Source: an uncultured virus (IMG/VR IMGVR_UViG_3300005512_000004)
Taxonomy: Duplodnaviria; Heunggongvirae; Uroviricota; Caudoviricetes
Length of the DNA: 64,000 nucleotides
IMG/VR virus record: IMGVR_UViG_3300005512_000004
Reading direction: 5' to 3' (one strand)
This document shows positions 8,833 to 19,238 of this stretch, piece after piece. The stretch's first letter is position 1. Each line of letters begins with the position of its first letter. Position numbers and translations under genes: made by a program. The notes beneath the pieces are model-generated. The model made no database searches and was not told the origin of the DNA. It saw nothing but the letters and a program-made list of their open reading frames with translations.

Positions 8833-10266
8833 TCAGCTGAATGGGTTTACGTTCGTGAAAGCGAACTCTCTCTCCTGGCTGTCTTCGGTGCGACGACGTC
8901 CTCGCCGCCTAGGAGAATCCTGCTCCCCATCGTCGTCCTCGCTGAGCATCATGTGCTCGACCTGCTCCTGTGTCACGTTTACCATCTCGACACCGAAGTC
9001 CATCATAGGCACAAAGCGTAGGACAAACGCGTCGATCTCGGTCTCACGTACAGCGGGCATTGTCACTAGGATACGATCCTCGTTGTGAGCGTTCTTGATC
9101 TTGTGGAGACGTATGACGCTGTCCGCATCCATAATCGCGCCCATGCCGAAGCCAATATCGTTATAGTCATCCATGTCAGCGCCCGCTTTACGCTTAGAGC
9201 CTGAGCGGTTTGCCTGCGTCGTGCCCACAATCGGGAGGTTACACTCCGTCGCGAGCACCTTAAGGTCTTGCGTGACCGACGTGTTGGACTTCCAGTCCAC
9301 ATCACGCTTACCGCCCTTGCGGTCATCTCCCATGAGATAGACGCCGTCGATCAACACGATGTCAGGCTCGAACTTCTCTATCTCCGCGCGTATGTGGTTT
9401 ACGCCCTGCCCTGCGCCGTGAACCACACGTATGTCTCTGTACCCGTTGCTGAGCTCCTTCTGCATGTTCGCGATCTGAAGCTCTTGTAGCTCAGAGAGCT
9501 GATCAAAGCACTCATCGCGCGCATCATGCGACAGCTTCCCTTTGGTGACAGCACCGTAGTCGAGACGACAAAGACGCGCGAGGATACGTCGCCAAATCTG
9601 ACGCACGGGCATCTCGTAGGTGACGACAAGGACGCGCGCGTTCCCTGCCTCGAAGGGGTGTACTGCCCCGAGCTCTAAGCCCATGAACGTCTTAGCAGAT
9701 TTAGGGGGCGCGTACAGAATCGTCAGCGTGCCGGGCTGCAGCCCGCCCATAGCTTCATTCAGCGGTGCCCACGCACACGGCAGTCCGACGATACCACCAC
9801 CGTCAGCGAGCTTATCGTACGCCTCCATGAACTCAGGAATAGCGTCCGCTAAATCCGAGCACATATGTGACGTAGACGCCGTGTGCCGCGTAAGCTCCCT
9901 CGACAACTCGTTGAGGTACTCGGCGGCCGCGTCTACACCCTCCGAGCGTAATAGCTCGTCGAGCTGAACAATGCCTCCCTGGATAGTGGCACGTGCTCTC
10001 GTGTCGAGCATGTCTGATATAATCTCGCCCAGAGGCTCCTCGGGACAGTCAATAACACGCAGCCCGCGCACCTTCTTCTCAATGCGAGTAATAGACGGTG
10101 TCTCGTTACGTGTTGTAGGACGGGATGTGTGCTTCACGATCTCCGCCCACGCTTGTCTTATGAGCGGGTCAGAGAACCAACCCTCATGTACGCCTCGAGA
10201 AAGCGCTTTCTGTGCGCTCCCTTCATGTAATACGCGCGCTAGAAGCGCCTCCTCGAGTAATCTCAT
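8833..10266 (-). CDS. dnaB: DnaB-like replicative helicase
   Basis: GGLQPGTL..YAPPKSAKT Walker A, TYEM, LIDGVYL Walker B, TQANR, DADSVI. Confidence 0.9.
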   Translation of the reverse strand: MRLLEEALLARVLHEGSAQKALSRGVHEGWFSDPLIRQAWAEIVKHTSRPTTRNETPSITRIEKKVRGLRVIDCPEEPLGEIISDMLDTRARATIQGGIVQLDELLRSEGVDAAAEYLNELSRELTRHTASTSHMCSDLADAIPEFMEAYDKLADGGGIVGLPCAWAPLNEAMGGLQPGTLTILYAPPKSAKTFMGLELGAVHPFEAGNARVLVVTYEMPVRQIWRRILARLCRLDYGAVTKGKLSHDARDECFDQLSELQELQIANMQKELSNGYRDIRVVHGAGQGVNHIRAEIEKFEPDIVLIDGVYLMGDDRKGGKRDVDWKSNTSVTQDLKVLATECNLPIVGTTQANRSGSKRKAGADMDDYNDIGFGMGAIMDADSVIRLHKIKNAHNEDRILVTMPAVRETEIDAFVLRFVPMMDFGVEMVNVTQEQVEHMMLSEDDDGEQDSPRRRGRRRTEDSQEREFAFTNVNPFS

Positions 10267-10469
10267 ATTTGTCCTTTCTCCTCTTGTAGTAGTAGGTCGA
10301 GCAGTTCGCTCTGAGATGGTGTTAGTCTCTTGGTGACTACGATCGGCTCTTTTGTCGGAATTGGTACATCATCCACAAAGAGCAAACCGACGCACTCAAG
10401 AATGGCGTCTCGAGGCGCCGATTGTTTTCGGATAATACGCCACTCGACAATATGTAGATCAGTTTTCAC
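10263..10469 (-). CDS. Small hypothetical protein
   Basis: GTG start overlapping the upstream gene; fills the gap in a tightly packed operon. Confidence 0.45.
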   Translation of the reverse strand: MKTDLHIVEWRIIRKQSAPRDAILECVGLLFVDDVPIPTKEPIVVTKRLTPSQSELLDLLLQEEKGQI

Positions 10470-10869
10470 GAGACACGCGATCGAAGGTCGCCTGTGCCAT
10501 ACGGAGAGCCTCCGCGCCCTCCTCCTCACAGATGGCACGTGCGATGTTAAACGCCATGCCGATAGACTCTTCGTCTTGTGCGCTGTTAAGCGTCACCGAG
10601 CACATCACCGCTGCGCCATTCCCGTAGCTCTTAGCGCTTAAGTCAAACGAGCAGGTAACTTTCGCTGATTGCTCTGGCGAGCGGGGTGTAATGTCCGATA
10701 AACCGGCCATGTGGTACTCCTTCGTATAGACGGACTCTTGCCCATCTTGGGTGTTAGAGATGAGCACGTTACAGGTAGCGGATGCGTCTACGTGCTCTGT
10801 ATTTATCTCACTCTTCCTCGGCAGTTTGGGACCGCTTGACGATGTACGTGTACCCCTCGAACGACTCAT
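10459..10869 (-). CDS. Hypothetical protein
   Basis: AAGGAG SD before ATG 10869. Confidence 0.6.
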   Translation of the reverse strand: MSRSRGTRTSSSGPKLPRKSEINTEHVDASATCNVLISNTQDGQESVYTKEYHMAGLSDITPRSPEQSAKVTCSFDLSAKSYGNGAAVMCSVTLNSAQDEESIGMAFNIARAICEEEGAEALRMAQATFDRVSREN

Positions 10870-11263
10870 AGCGCGCCAGCTCCTTTTGTAGATGTTTTGG
10901 TAGTTTAGTCTTAATGACAGCAAACGCCTCTTCGGGGATAGCGTCTCTGTGGTCTTCTAAGAAGCCCGCCATGTCGAGAGACTTTTTAGCGCGCGTAGAG
11001 ATTTTCCAACCGATCTCTCTATAGCGCGCTATGTTATCCGGCGTAGGGTCGCGGTTAATGTCCTCGGAGATACGTTGACGCTCCGCCTCATCATCGGACT
11101 CTTCTTGTGAGAGCGCGTTTTGGTAGGCCGTAAACAGCTGCTGAAAGTGCAACGCGCACTTCATCTTGAGCAGCTCCACTGTGCGCTCATCTACGTGAGG
11201 TCGTAAGAGCCCCTCGATCCACTTACCTGATGAGAGCTCTTCGTATAGTTCCTTCGAGATCAC
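10808..11263 (-). CDS. Hypothetical protein
   Basis: 151 aa, GTG overlapping the UDG stop, GAGGAGG upstream. Confidence 0.6.
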   Translation of the reverse strand: MISKELYEELSSGKWIEGLLRPHVDERTVELLKMKCALHFQQLFTAYQNALSQEESDDEAERQRISEDINRDPTPDNIARYREIGWKISTRAKKSLDMAGFLEDHRDAIPEEAFAVIKTKLPKHLQKELARYESFEGYTYIVKRSQTAEEE

Positions 11264-11940
11264 TGATCTTCCTCCTCGAGATATTTGTTAAGCTCCCAAG
11301 CGCCCTTAAGAGCTGTTGTGAATGCGGAGACTGTTCCGTTCTCGTCGTCGTAGTCCCCGCGACGCTCCGCAACACGCGGATCTGCAGAAGGCAGCGCGCT
11401 GTAGTACACGCTCCCTGCTTCGCCAGGCACCTCCACTGTAAACAGCTCGGATACCTTTCCGTTACGCCTCGGGAGCTTAGACGCACGTCCGACGAGCGCC
11501 TGCGTCGCGTACTTACCTGCGGAGATGATGATGTTCGGATCTACTTGGTAAATCACCTCGAGCAGACGATCTCTGCACTTCTTCACCTCGGTCCAGCCTG
11601 GCTCTGTAGGCTCACCCGCGTGTTCCCCGCTAGGGAACGTAGGGCAGCACATCACCGCGTTGGTCATAAACACGTTGTCGAAGAACAGCTCGGCGGCTGC
11701 GCCGATGGGCATATTCTGCTGACCTATGGCGTGTTGGAACGCCTTAATCGTCCAACGTATGTCTGTCGTGTTGTGGTGCCCTAGTGATTCCTCCTTGAGT
11801 GTGGGCGTGTCGGTGATGAGCAGAATGTTTGCTTCGCGGTTTCCCGAACCAAACACGATATTTCGACGTGTTTTAGATATCTTACATCGCTCACAGTCCT
11901 TGTACTCCTCGTACAAGATCTTCAGGGGATCGTCGCTCAT
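11260..11940 (-). CDS. Uracil-DNA glycosylase family 4-like protein (divergent catalytic motifs)
   Basis: CERC...RRNIVFGSGNREANILLI..P...E, TNAVMCCP, EVKKC, VDPNIIISAG. Confidence 0.8.
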   Translation of the reverse strand: MSDDPLKILYEEYKDCERCKISKTRRNIVFGSGNREANILLITDTPTLKEESLGHHNTTDIRWTIKAFQHAIGQQNMPIGAAAELFFDNVFMTNAVMCCPTFPSGEHAGEPTEPGWTEVKKCRDRLLEVIYQVDPNIIISAGKYATQALVGRASKLPRRNGKVSELFTVEVPGEAGSVYYSALPSADPRVAERRGDYDDENGTVSAFTTALKGAWELNKYLEEEDQ

Positions 11941-13267
11941 AAGCATACTCCATGCTGCGCAATACGCGCTTGATCTGTTTGGTGAGCCCGATACAGAACC
12001 CGATACTCTCGTCTTCTAAGAACACCGCAACCGGGCTAGGTTTGTTGTCGTACTTTCGTTGAATACGTCCGAGCGTCTGCTGAAGCACATTCCCATGCTG
12101 CTTTGCGCCGAAGGGCGTTAAGATCACAAGCGCGCTCAGAGAGGGCACGTTCAGCGCCTCTGAGGCTACGTCCAGCGTACCTACTGAGACACGGTGGTCT
12201 TGGATGTTACTCGCTCTTGTATCTCCTTTCACATCTCCCTTCGCAACCCCCACAGGCATATCGAGCGCGCGCTCGAGAGCTTGGGCAAAGGTGTCTACGT
12301 GCTCTGCCGACGCGGTCAGGCAGAGAACGTGATGATCACTCGCGAGCAGAGTACGCACGTACTCGACCGCGATTTGATTCCTCGACTCCTCGCGCCCCAG
12401 GCACGCACACAGCTTGCGGTAGTGGATCTCTCCATTGCGGCTAAGCGCCTCCCGCTGCTCCGCTATCTCTGCTGACGCGCCCGTCTGTTGAAAAATAATA
12501 CGCGGTACAAGCTCTTGGTCGATCTTCGAGTAGAATACATCTCCGATGTGGTTCTTGAAGATATCTTCGAGGCCGTCTTCGCGTCTAGGCGTCGCGCTCA
12601 ACCCGAGTCGTATGCCTGAGAAGCGAGGACAGATCGCCTTAAACGTGGGGGCGGCCATGTGGTGGCACTCGTCGAACACGACTACGCCGAAACTCTCGTA
12701 GAACCCCTCAGGTACGTCATCGCCTCTGCGTGCGAGCGTCTGTATCGAGCAGAGGACGACGTCGTAGTCGTCCCACTCCCACTTTTGCCCTTGTACGACA
12801 CCGATACGCTCTACGGGCACGTTCAGGTGCGTTACAATCTCATGCGCCCACTGGCTGATGAGGTTGACCTTGTCGACTAGAACGGCCGCCTTGAAGCCCT
12901 CATGTGCCATGTAGTAACACGCCATTACGGTCTTACCGTACCCGCACCCAAGATTTAGGATGCCTCCACGTGCGCTCTTTGTCGCCTCTAGCGGCTCGAT
13001 CTGATACGCTCGCGGCGTTGTCTTCAGTGCCGTGCTTGATCTCCAACGCGGATAGATCTTAGGCGCCCTATCGATGATCTCGTCCTCAACCCCCACATGA
13101 TAGTGGCGGGGGATGCGGATATGGTCTCCGATGACAAGTCCTTCGCTAGGCTGATCGCCATAAGCTAAGCCGAAGCGCAACGCGCGCACATTGACCTTCT
13201 CTTTCGGGCAGAATAGATAGTGCCCGTCTGTTACGAACTTCCCTTTATCGGATTGAGTGGTAGGCAT
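11891..13267 (-). CDS. Superfamily 2 DExH helicase (UvsW/Rad25-like)
   Basis: GCGYGKT, FDECHH, LSATP, QQTLGRIQR. Confidence 0.93.
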   Translation of the reverse strand: MPTTQSDKGKFVTDGHYLFCPKEKVNVRALRFGLAYGDQPSEGLVIGDHIRIPRHYHVGVEDEIIDRAPKIYPRWRSSTALKTTPRAYQIEPLEATKSARGGILNLGCGYGKTVMACYYMAHEGFKAAVLVDKVNLISQWAHEIVTHLNVPVERIGVVQGQKWEWDDYDVVLCSIQTLARRGDDVPEGFYESFGVVVFDECHHMAAPTFKAICPRFSGIRLGLSATPRREDGLEDIFKNHIGDVFYSKIDQELVPRIIFQQTGASAEIAEQREALSRNGEIHYRKLCACLGREESRNQIAVEYVRTLLASDHHVLCLTASAEHVDTFAQALERALDMPVGVAKGDVKGDTRASNIQDHRVSVGTLDVASEALNVPSLSALVILTPFGAKQHGNVLQQTLGRIQRKYDNKPSPVAVFLEDESIGFCIGLTKQIKRVLRSMEYAYERRSPEDLVRGVQGL

Positions 13268-13677
13268 AGTGCTCCTTTAATAGCCGTGCGCAGCAATTCA
13301 TCTTCTGCAGAGGTTAGGTAACTCTTCCGCGAGATTATATCACCTACCAGCCGGAGTACCATGTCCGCGCTCGCCTCGACGTTAGCCGCGAACACTCTCT
13401 CGTCAATCACAGTCATGTGCGGGTTTGTGTTTGAGCCCTTGCGGATTTGGCAGCGCGCGGACAACACGTCGAGCACGTCAGCATCTTCTTCCGAGAGCTT
13501 CAGCACCTCTACGTACATAGCGCGAGTTGCGGGTGTAAGGTACTGAGGGATACGCTCCGCCTTATTCAGCGCTTGCGTACTTGTGTTATGTCCAAGCGCG
13601 AGCGCCTTCTCTGCCATGATGGCGTACGTCGGGTATCCCGCCTTGAGTCGTTTGCTTCGCAGGAAATTAGTTATCAT
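13231..13677 (-). CDS. Putative XRE-like HTH protein
   Basis: N-terminus FLRSKRLKAGY.T...MAE...STQALNKAER resembles an XRE HTH. Confidence 0.45.
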   Translation of the reverse strand: MITNFLRSKRLKAGYPTYAIMAEKALALGHNTSTQALNKAERIPQYLTPATRAMYVEVLKLSEEDADVLDVLSARCQIRKGSNTNPHMTVIDERVFAANVEASADMVLRLVGDIISRKSYLTSAEDELLRTAIKGALCLPLNPIKGSS

Positions 13678-14095
13678 CTTCTACCTCAGAAGCGTGTAGC
13701 TCCCTCTCGTACTCATTTCTGCATGAGCGTACGAGGTCGACTGCCCGAGAAGCCATAGCTTCCGCGACGTCATACCCCACATAGGTAGCGTATTGCGCTG
13801 CGAGAGGCTTGTCGTGATTGAACTTCACGGGGCGCATAAGAGCATTCCCCTGTGTAGCCTGTGCTGTCTTAGTGGTGGTTGTCTGGGAGGTTGAAGATGC
13901 GGAAGATGAAGACGTGTAGTATTTTCTGGGACTGACCACGCTGCTACTCCTCATGGCTACTCGGTTAATGGATTGGGTGATGGCCTCGCTGCAATCCGCA
14001 ACGTAAGGACAAGAACGACAGTGCGGGCTCGTCTCCGAGTACTCCGCGCTGTCGGCATAGCATTCGGGCTTTGTTATGGTGTATGATCTCACCAT
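13667..14095 (-). CDS. Hypothetical Cys-containing protein; first gene of the replication operon
   Basis: AAGAAAGGAGG SD; C...CRSC...C motif, Ser/Thr linker. Confidence 0.7.
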   Translation of the reverse strand: MVRSYTITKPECYADSAEYSETSPHCRSCPYVADCSEAITQSINRVAMRSSSVVSPRKYYTSSSSASSTSQTTTTKTAQATQGNALMRPVKFNHDKPLAAQYATYVGYDVAEAMASRAVDLVRSCRNEYERELHASEVEDDN

Positions 14096-14132
14096 GGCCC
14101 TCCTTTCTTAATGCTATCGTGAGGGTGGTATG

Positions 14133-14143
14133 TTATTATCACA
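14133..14143 (-). promoter_or_regulatory. Promoter-like motif TGTGATAATAA for the replication operon
   Basis: 38 nt upstream of ATG 14095; same motif recurs before other non-structural genes. Confidence 0.65.
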
Positions 14144-14182
14144 GGCAGATTTACGAACTTGTTAGCCCTGTTAGGAGCCCAC

Positions 14183-14938
14183 ATGAGCGATCAGAAGCTT
14201 TTAGGTATCTACCCAGTCAATACACGCGCGAACATTCGCGCCGCCTCCGATTACTTTGATAAGTTCGCGCATAAGTTATCCACAAAAGACCGAGTGCAGT
14301 ACGCTCGAGGACTCGCTGAGGCGCAGTACGCCTGCGGGGAACGACCTACCGAGAAAGTCGCGCATTATGCGCACGCTATCCCGCGCAAAGATTTCACGGC
14401 AGCTATTCATGCGAGAAACTACCTCACGGGCGGGCATGCTGCCGACGAGCTTAACCTCATCGTCAAAGAAGCCTCTGCGCTCGGTCCCTTGGGTGTAGTC
14501 GCGCTCTTAGACGACTTCGATCGCGGAAATAACCTGTACGGGAAATACGACCGTATCCCTGATCCCTTTGACAGCGTGTACGTGTCTGAAAAGGTCGCAG
14601 AAGAGCACGATGACAGCAAGGTGTGGATCGGTCCTACGTCGGATCGTCTTACAAAAGACGCGCTTCAGCAGTGGATGGAGAACACTCCTGCTCGTGATCT
14701 GATTAAAGACACGTTTAGTGAGGATATGGCCGACGCGCTTAAAGGTCCGACAGGGTGGCAGGTTTTTTCAAGCCTGCCCGACCCACATAAAAATGTCATT
14801 GCGCGCCTCGTAAACGACAACGTCATCAACGGCACGATCAGCCCTGGGCGTGATAGTCGAAGCACGGCAGGCGAGTATGCGAACGCGACTATGTACCAAG
14901 ACTCTGTCGGTGATCGTCTTAAAGGACTGCTGTCATGA
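14183..14938 (+). CDS. Putative virion head protein with KxA motifs
   Basis: AGGAG SD; DKFAH, EKVAH, VKEAS, EKVAE motifs; first gene of the rightward morphogenesis block. Confidence 0.6.
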   Translation: MSDQKLLGIYPVNTRANIRAASDYFDKFAHKLSTKDRVQYARGLAEAQYACGERPTEKVAHYAHAIPRKDFTAAIHARNYLTGGHAADELNLIVKEASALGPLGVVALLDDFDRGNNLYGKYDRIPDPFDSVYVSEKVAEEHDDSKVWIGPTSDRLTKDALQQWMENTPARDLIKDTFSEDMADALKGPTGWQVFSSLPDPHKNVIARLVNDNVINGTISPGRDSRSTAGEYANATMYQDSVGDRLKGLLS

Positions 14939-15717
14939 AAGAGGACTTCTTCGGGCGTAGAGACGCGCACGCACTCGCGCTCGGGACTGCCTGCGATACC
15001 ATCTTCGGGCCAGAGTGGCTTACATGGGAGCTGCGCACGATACGCGATGAGCTACGTATGCGCGGACATGATATGGACGAGCTTAACTCGCAAAAGCTCG
15101 CCGCTTATAAAGTCGCAAAGACAACCATCGGCCCGTGGGTAGACATGGCGATTTTCGAGAATGTCGGGATGGTCTTCAATAACCGCATGCCTAACGTGGA
15201 GATACATCAGCCGCTCAGCGTGGCAGAGTGTGCTGTGACTGTGGACTGTCTGCGATCCTCGCGCATCGTAACCTTTACGGAGAATGTAAAGAAGTACATA
15301 GCGGCGTGCGCGGCAGATGCGGAGATCATGTACTTGCCTGATCCCCTGAGTTTCGCTATGCCGTACCTATGCCCGCCTATGTACTACTGCCAAGAGCATG
15401 GTGGTCTTGAAAAGGACGATCTCGTAGACGGACAATGCGATCTTTGCGTGGGACGCTACGAGGACGGCGAACTCATTGACGCGCCTATTCCAGGTCTAGA
15501 GGCTCGTGGTACGAACATCGTACGATTCTCTCAATATGATTACGCACCCATCGCACAAAAATACGAGGCTCTCGCTGTAACTGACATCTCGGGAGTGCAG
15601 CTCGATCTGACTACGGTAGACATACAGGTAGCGCGTCTTCTAGACGTGAACACGTATCGAAAACGAAAAATGTCGCAACTAGAGTTACAGCTCGGGGAGA
15701 TTAGAACCTATGCATAA
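14935..15717 (+). CDS. Hypothetical protein (morphogenesis region)
   Basis: 260 aa, ATGA overlap; CxxH/CxxC. Confidence 0.65.
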   Translation: MKEDFFGRRDAHALALGTACDTIFGPEWLTWELRTIRDELRMRGHDMDELNSQKLAAYKVAKTTIGPWVDMAIFENVGMVFNNRMPNVEIHQPLSVAECAVTVDCLRSSRIVTFTENVKKYIAACAADAEIMYLPDPLSFAMPYLCPPMYYCQEHGGLEKDDLVDGQCDLCVGRYEDGELIDAPIPGLEARGTNIVRFSQYDYAPIAQKYEALAVTDISGVQLDLTTVDIQVARLLDVNTYRKRKMSQLELQLGEIRTYA

Positions 15718-16438
15718 GCGCGCAGATGCCGTCCTACGAGGCAGGATTACAGCAGCCCTGAACAATCCAAACTACGATGCCGCGAAAATTACGGAGTACG
15801 CACAACAGCGTGGCCTTAATTTAGGGGAGGCGATTAAGTCACGAAATCTCACAGGCGAGCAGATTGCGCGACTGACACCGCAGGGTTTGGGCGCGAACGC
15901 GCTTAGCACTCGAGATAACTTTCGCGCACTAGGGTACCAAGCACGTCAGACCTTCAGCGGAAGTCCTCGGCAGATCGGGTCCAACGTCTATTCCGCGCTA
16001 AAGCGTGGCATGACTGAGAGCGGTGGTGGGTTTAGGGCCGGTGTAGGTATGAAGATGCGTTACTTACCTATAGGCGCGAAGGCAGGGGCGATGACCAGCG
16101 CGCTCCCAGAGCTACGAAACGCTTTTAAAAAAGAAGACCCGACGGGTAAAGGTCGTTCTCAAACCGAGCGTGTTGGTCGCGCTGTTGGTAGCGTCGCCGG
16201 CGGGCTGCTAGGGAACCTGCCCTCCAGCGTGACAAATCGCTTAGGCGTTGCGGGTAGCCTTCTTGGGGGTATGGGCGCTACCGCGCTCGGCAGTGCTGTT
16301 GGTGCGGGCGTGCTCGGCGGCGCGGGTAAGCTGCTCGACAAGGGCGTCTCTAAGATGCGCGGCGTTCAAGCAGGTGATATAACGCATCAACAAAATGTTC
16401 CGACAGTAAACAGGACATCAGGCTCGACGGCGGTATAA
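15710..16438 (+). CDS. Gly-zipper / membrane-active putative internal virion protein
   Basis: Basic, GxxxG-rich hydrophobic C-terminal half; begins MHKRAD. Confidence 0.55.
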   Translation: MHKRADAVLRGRITAALNNPNYDAAKITEYAQQRGLNLGEAIKSRNLTGEQIARLTPQGLGANALSTRDNFRALGYQARQTFSGSPRQIGSNVYSALKRGMTESGGGFRAGVGMKMRYLPIGAKAGAMTSALPELRNAFKKEDPTGKGRSQTERVGRAVGSVAGGLLGNLPSSVTNRLGVAGSLLGGMGATALGSAVGAGVLGGAGKLLDKGVSKMRGVQAGDITHQQNVPTVNRTSGSTAV

Positions 16439-16439
16439 C

Positions 16440-18500
16440 ATGAGTAGACCTGCAGGCTATGGCGGAAAAGGCACGGTTTATCGTGCAGCATCAGGCAGTG
16501 ACGGTAGAGCGTTTAATGCGCCTAAGTACCCGCACCCTTTCTTCGACCAAGGACAAGCGTACTTACCTACCTCTGTCAAAAACTTGTTTCATTGGTGCAG
16601 GTTCTACTTTCTTACAAACCCCGCAGTAAACGCTGCCGTTACTAAAATGGCGGAGTACCCGATCACTCCGATTGTCTTTAAGACAGACAACCAAGATCTG
16701 CGCAACAAGTACACAAAGATCGTACGCATGCTTGATCTAAAGTCCTTCCGCGTTGAGGTCGGACTTGATTACTTTACGTACGGTAACGCATTCATAAGCG
16801 TTATGTTCCCTGTGCGCAAATTCCTTATATGCGCAGAGTGTAAAAAGACAAACGACATCAAGGCAAAGCGCACGAAATATAAGTGGGTCAACCAGCGGTA
16901 CAACCTCACATGTCCTCACTGCGGTCATGTCGGTTTCGCTAAAGTTCACGACCAATATCTCAAAAGCGTACGTGACATTAAGCTCATACGTTGGGATCCC
17001 GAGAGCATCGACATCAACTACGACGAGCTGACGGGAAACACAACCTACTACTACACCATCCCGACAAATGTGCAGAACGAGATACGTATGGGTAAGAAGT
17101 CTCGTGTAGAAGACTTACCCGACGTATTTATCCAGGCTGTGAAGAAGTCGAAGAAGCTCATGCTGAGCCCCGAGAACCTCTTCCACTTCCGCAGGCCGAC
17201 CTTAGCGCAGAAGAGTATGGGCTGGGGTACGCCGCTAATCATGCCTGTGCTGAAAGATCTACACTACCTCGGTGTGTTGCGTAGATCGCAGGAGGCCGTG
17301 GCGCAGGAGCACATTGTCCCACTCCGTATTGTCTTCCCACAGGCAGGCACAGCTACGTCTGACCCGTACTCCATGCTTAATCTACAAGAGTGGAAAGGTG
17401 AGGTTACGAAGCAGCTCTCGCAGTGGAAGCTCGACCCTAACCGCATACCTGTCATGCCTATGCCTATCGGGTATCAAACGATTGGCGGGAACGGCCGCGC
17501 GCTTATACTTCACCAAGAGTATCGCGTATGGATGGAGCACATCATTGCGGGTATGGGTGTGCCTCCCGAGTTTGTCTTCGGGGGAATTCAGTTCTCTGGG
17601 ACGAACCTGACAATGTTCCAGCTCCAGAATAAGTTCCTCGGCTATATCGAGGATCAACGCGACCTTGTGTTCTCGTTCATTCTCGGCAAGATCGCCGCCT
17701 TTATGGACTACCCCGATATTGACGGGGATTTCCGTCCCTTTAAGATGGCTGATGATCTACAGCGGACAATGATGTACCTCCAACTCGTACAGGGGCAGAA
17801 GCTCTCCGAGCGTACACTGCTCGAAGATCTCGGCTTCGATCCTGCAGTTGAGCGCGCTAAGATGGATGAGGAGCGCGGACATAATCTCGAGATGCAGCGC
17901 AAGACGCAGATACAGCAAGCTCACATGCAGGGTGATATCATGCAGGTGAATACGCGGTATCAAGGTTCCGCGCAGGTCGAGCAGGTACGCTCTCAGATGA
18001 AAGCTCAAGAGCTGCAACAGAAGCTTCAACAAGAGATGCAACAGAAGATGCAGCTAGAGCAGATGCAAGCGCAGCAGGCGCAGGTTAACCAGAGTGTCGC
18101 GTCGAATGGCGCGCTGCCTAATGGTGCGCAGACGGGTAGTGCTGTCGCACCCGGCTTCCCTGAGGGCGCAACAGCGTATAGTCGATCAGGGAAACAGCCT
18201 ATGCAGACCGGCGTCGCTCCGTGGACGCCCAGCACGGGTACAGGCAGTGCACCGGGCTCTAACCTAGATATGAGCTATGTAGCTAAAAGAGCGGCGGCCT
18301 ACGTGCGCGGCCTTCCGCAAGATCGCCAAACACAAGTACTTCAGACAATGGCGCAGAGCAACAAGCCTCTGCATGAGATGGTCGTTAATCTACTATCATC
18401 GAGGCAAGGAGATCAAAGCGATCCCACAAACCCTCTGACGAACCCAATGGCGCAACAAAAACCGGGACGCGCGACTCCCGGGCGCAAGATTGGCTACTAG
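16440..18500 (+). CDS. Portal protein with Zn-ribbon insertion and Gln-rich tail
   Basis: NPAVNAAVTKMAEYP, LFHFRRP....GWGTPLI, IIAGMGVPPEFV portal-type motifs; CAEC...CPHC insert. Confidence 0.8.
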   Translation: MSRPAGYGGKGTVYRAASGSDGRAFNAPKYPHPFFDQGQAYLPTSVKNLFHWCRFYFLTNPAVNAAVTKMAEYPITPIVFKTDNQDLRNKYTKIVRMLDLKSFRVEVGLDYFTYGNAFISVMFPVRKFLICAECKKTNDIKAKRTKYKWVNQRYNLTCPHCGHVGFAKVHDQYLKSVRDIKLIRWDPESIDINYDELTGNTTYYYTIPTNVQNEIRMGKKSRVEDLPDVFIQAVKKSKKLMLSPENLFHFRRPTLAQKSMGWGTPLIMPVLKDLHYLGVLRRSQEAVAQEHIVPLRIVFPQAGTATSDPYSMLNLQEWKGEVTKQLSQWKLDPNRIPVMPMPIGYQTIGGNGRALILHQEYRVWMEHIIAGMGVPPEFVFGGIQFSGTNLTMFQLQNKFLGYIEDQRDLVFSFILGKIAAFMDYPDIDGDFRPFKMADDLQRTMMYLQLVQGQKLSERTLLEDLGFDPAVERAKMDEERGHNLEMQRKTQIQQAHMQGDIMQVNTRYQGSAQVEQVRSQMKAQELQQKLQQEMQQKMQLEQMQAQQAQVNQSVASNGALPNGAQTGSAVAPGFPEGATAYSRSGKQPMQTGVAPWTPSTGTGSAPGSNLDMSYVAKRAAAYVRGLPQDRQTQVLQTMAQSNKPLHEMVVNLLSSRQGDQSDPTNPLTNPMAQQKPGRATPGRKIGY

Positions 18501-19015
18501 GCCAAGGCGTCTAAGTGCATCTCGTAAACATCCTCTTCTTCCACAGCTGCTTCAATCACCCCCGCGAGTACTTCTTCTCCCGAAGAGCTTGTCGTGAGAA
18601 GTTCAGGAATAACGCAACTCATACAGACCGTATAGCCGTGTGGCCCTGCGGTGGGTATGAGATCAGAGGAAATAAACGTGTAGATATCTCCCTTATACGG
18701 GTGCTGCTCTATTTCGGACGCTTCGAGCTCGGTAACTCGAAAAGCGGAGATATCTGTCTTATGTGTATCAACCCCGCAGCAATGGCATTTGCGCCAATTG
18801 TAAGAAGGTGTTGGGTTAGCGAGCAGCATGTGCGCGCATGACTCGCACAGACTTGGGGAGAAGTCTTTTTGAAACCCGTAGTCTAGAACTGCTGGCATAT
18901 TTTCTCGAGTACTTACCAGCAAGATTGAGAAGATGGGGGATTCGTGGGTACCGTCTAGCTCCTCAATGATGTCTGTTCCGCAGAACTCGCAGTGAGAGTT
19001 ACATAAGTGATTCAT
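18497..19015 (-). CDS. Cys-rich hypothetical protein (multiple CxxC)
   Basis: CEFC, CESC, CHCC, CMSC. Confidence 0.6.
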   Translation of the reverse strand: MNHLCNSHCEFCGTDIIEELDGTHESPIFSILLVSTRENMPAVLDYGFQKDFSPSLCESCAHMLLANPTPSYNWRKCHCCGVDTHKTDISAFRVTELEASEIEQHPYKGDIYTFISSDLIPTAGPHGYTVCMSCVIPELLTTSSSGEEVLAGVIEAAVEEEDVYEMHLDALA

Positions 19016-19238
19016 GGTCTACCCTTAATGTTAAGAACGTGTGGGACGCGCAAAACGCGCAAGTATCATCTGCGTAGTATGGTAGGATCTTCACTGCTAG
19101 GCCACATACCTGCAGTACGCCTATACACGAGATACAGACCCAATACCCTTGAGGTATTCGCGTACACGTCTCGCAATGCGCGGAACATGTAGTGTTGATT
19201 AGTGGGCAATACGCTCCTTTATACGTCTCCCCCTCCAT
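18999..19238 (-). CDS. Small Cys-rich hypothetical protein
   Basis: CETC, CISC, CAFC; start uncertain. Confidence 0.5.
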   Translation of the reverse strand: MEGETYKGAYCPLINTTCSAHCETCTRIPQGYWVCISCIGVLQVCGLAVKILPYYADDTCAFCASHTFLTLRVDHESLM

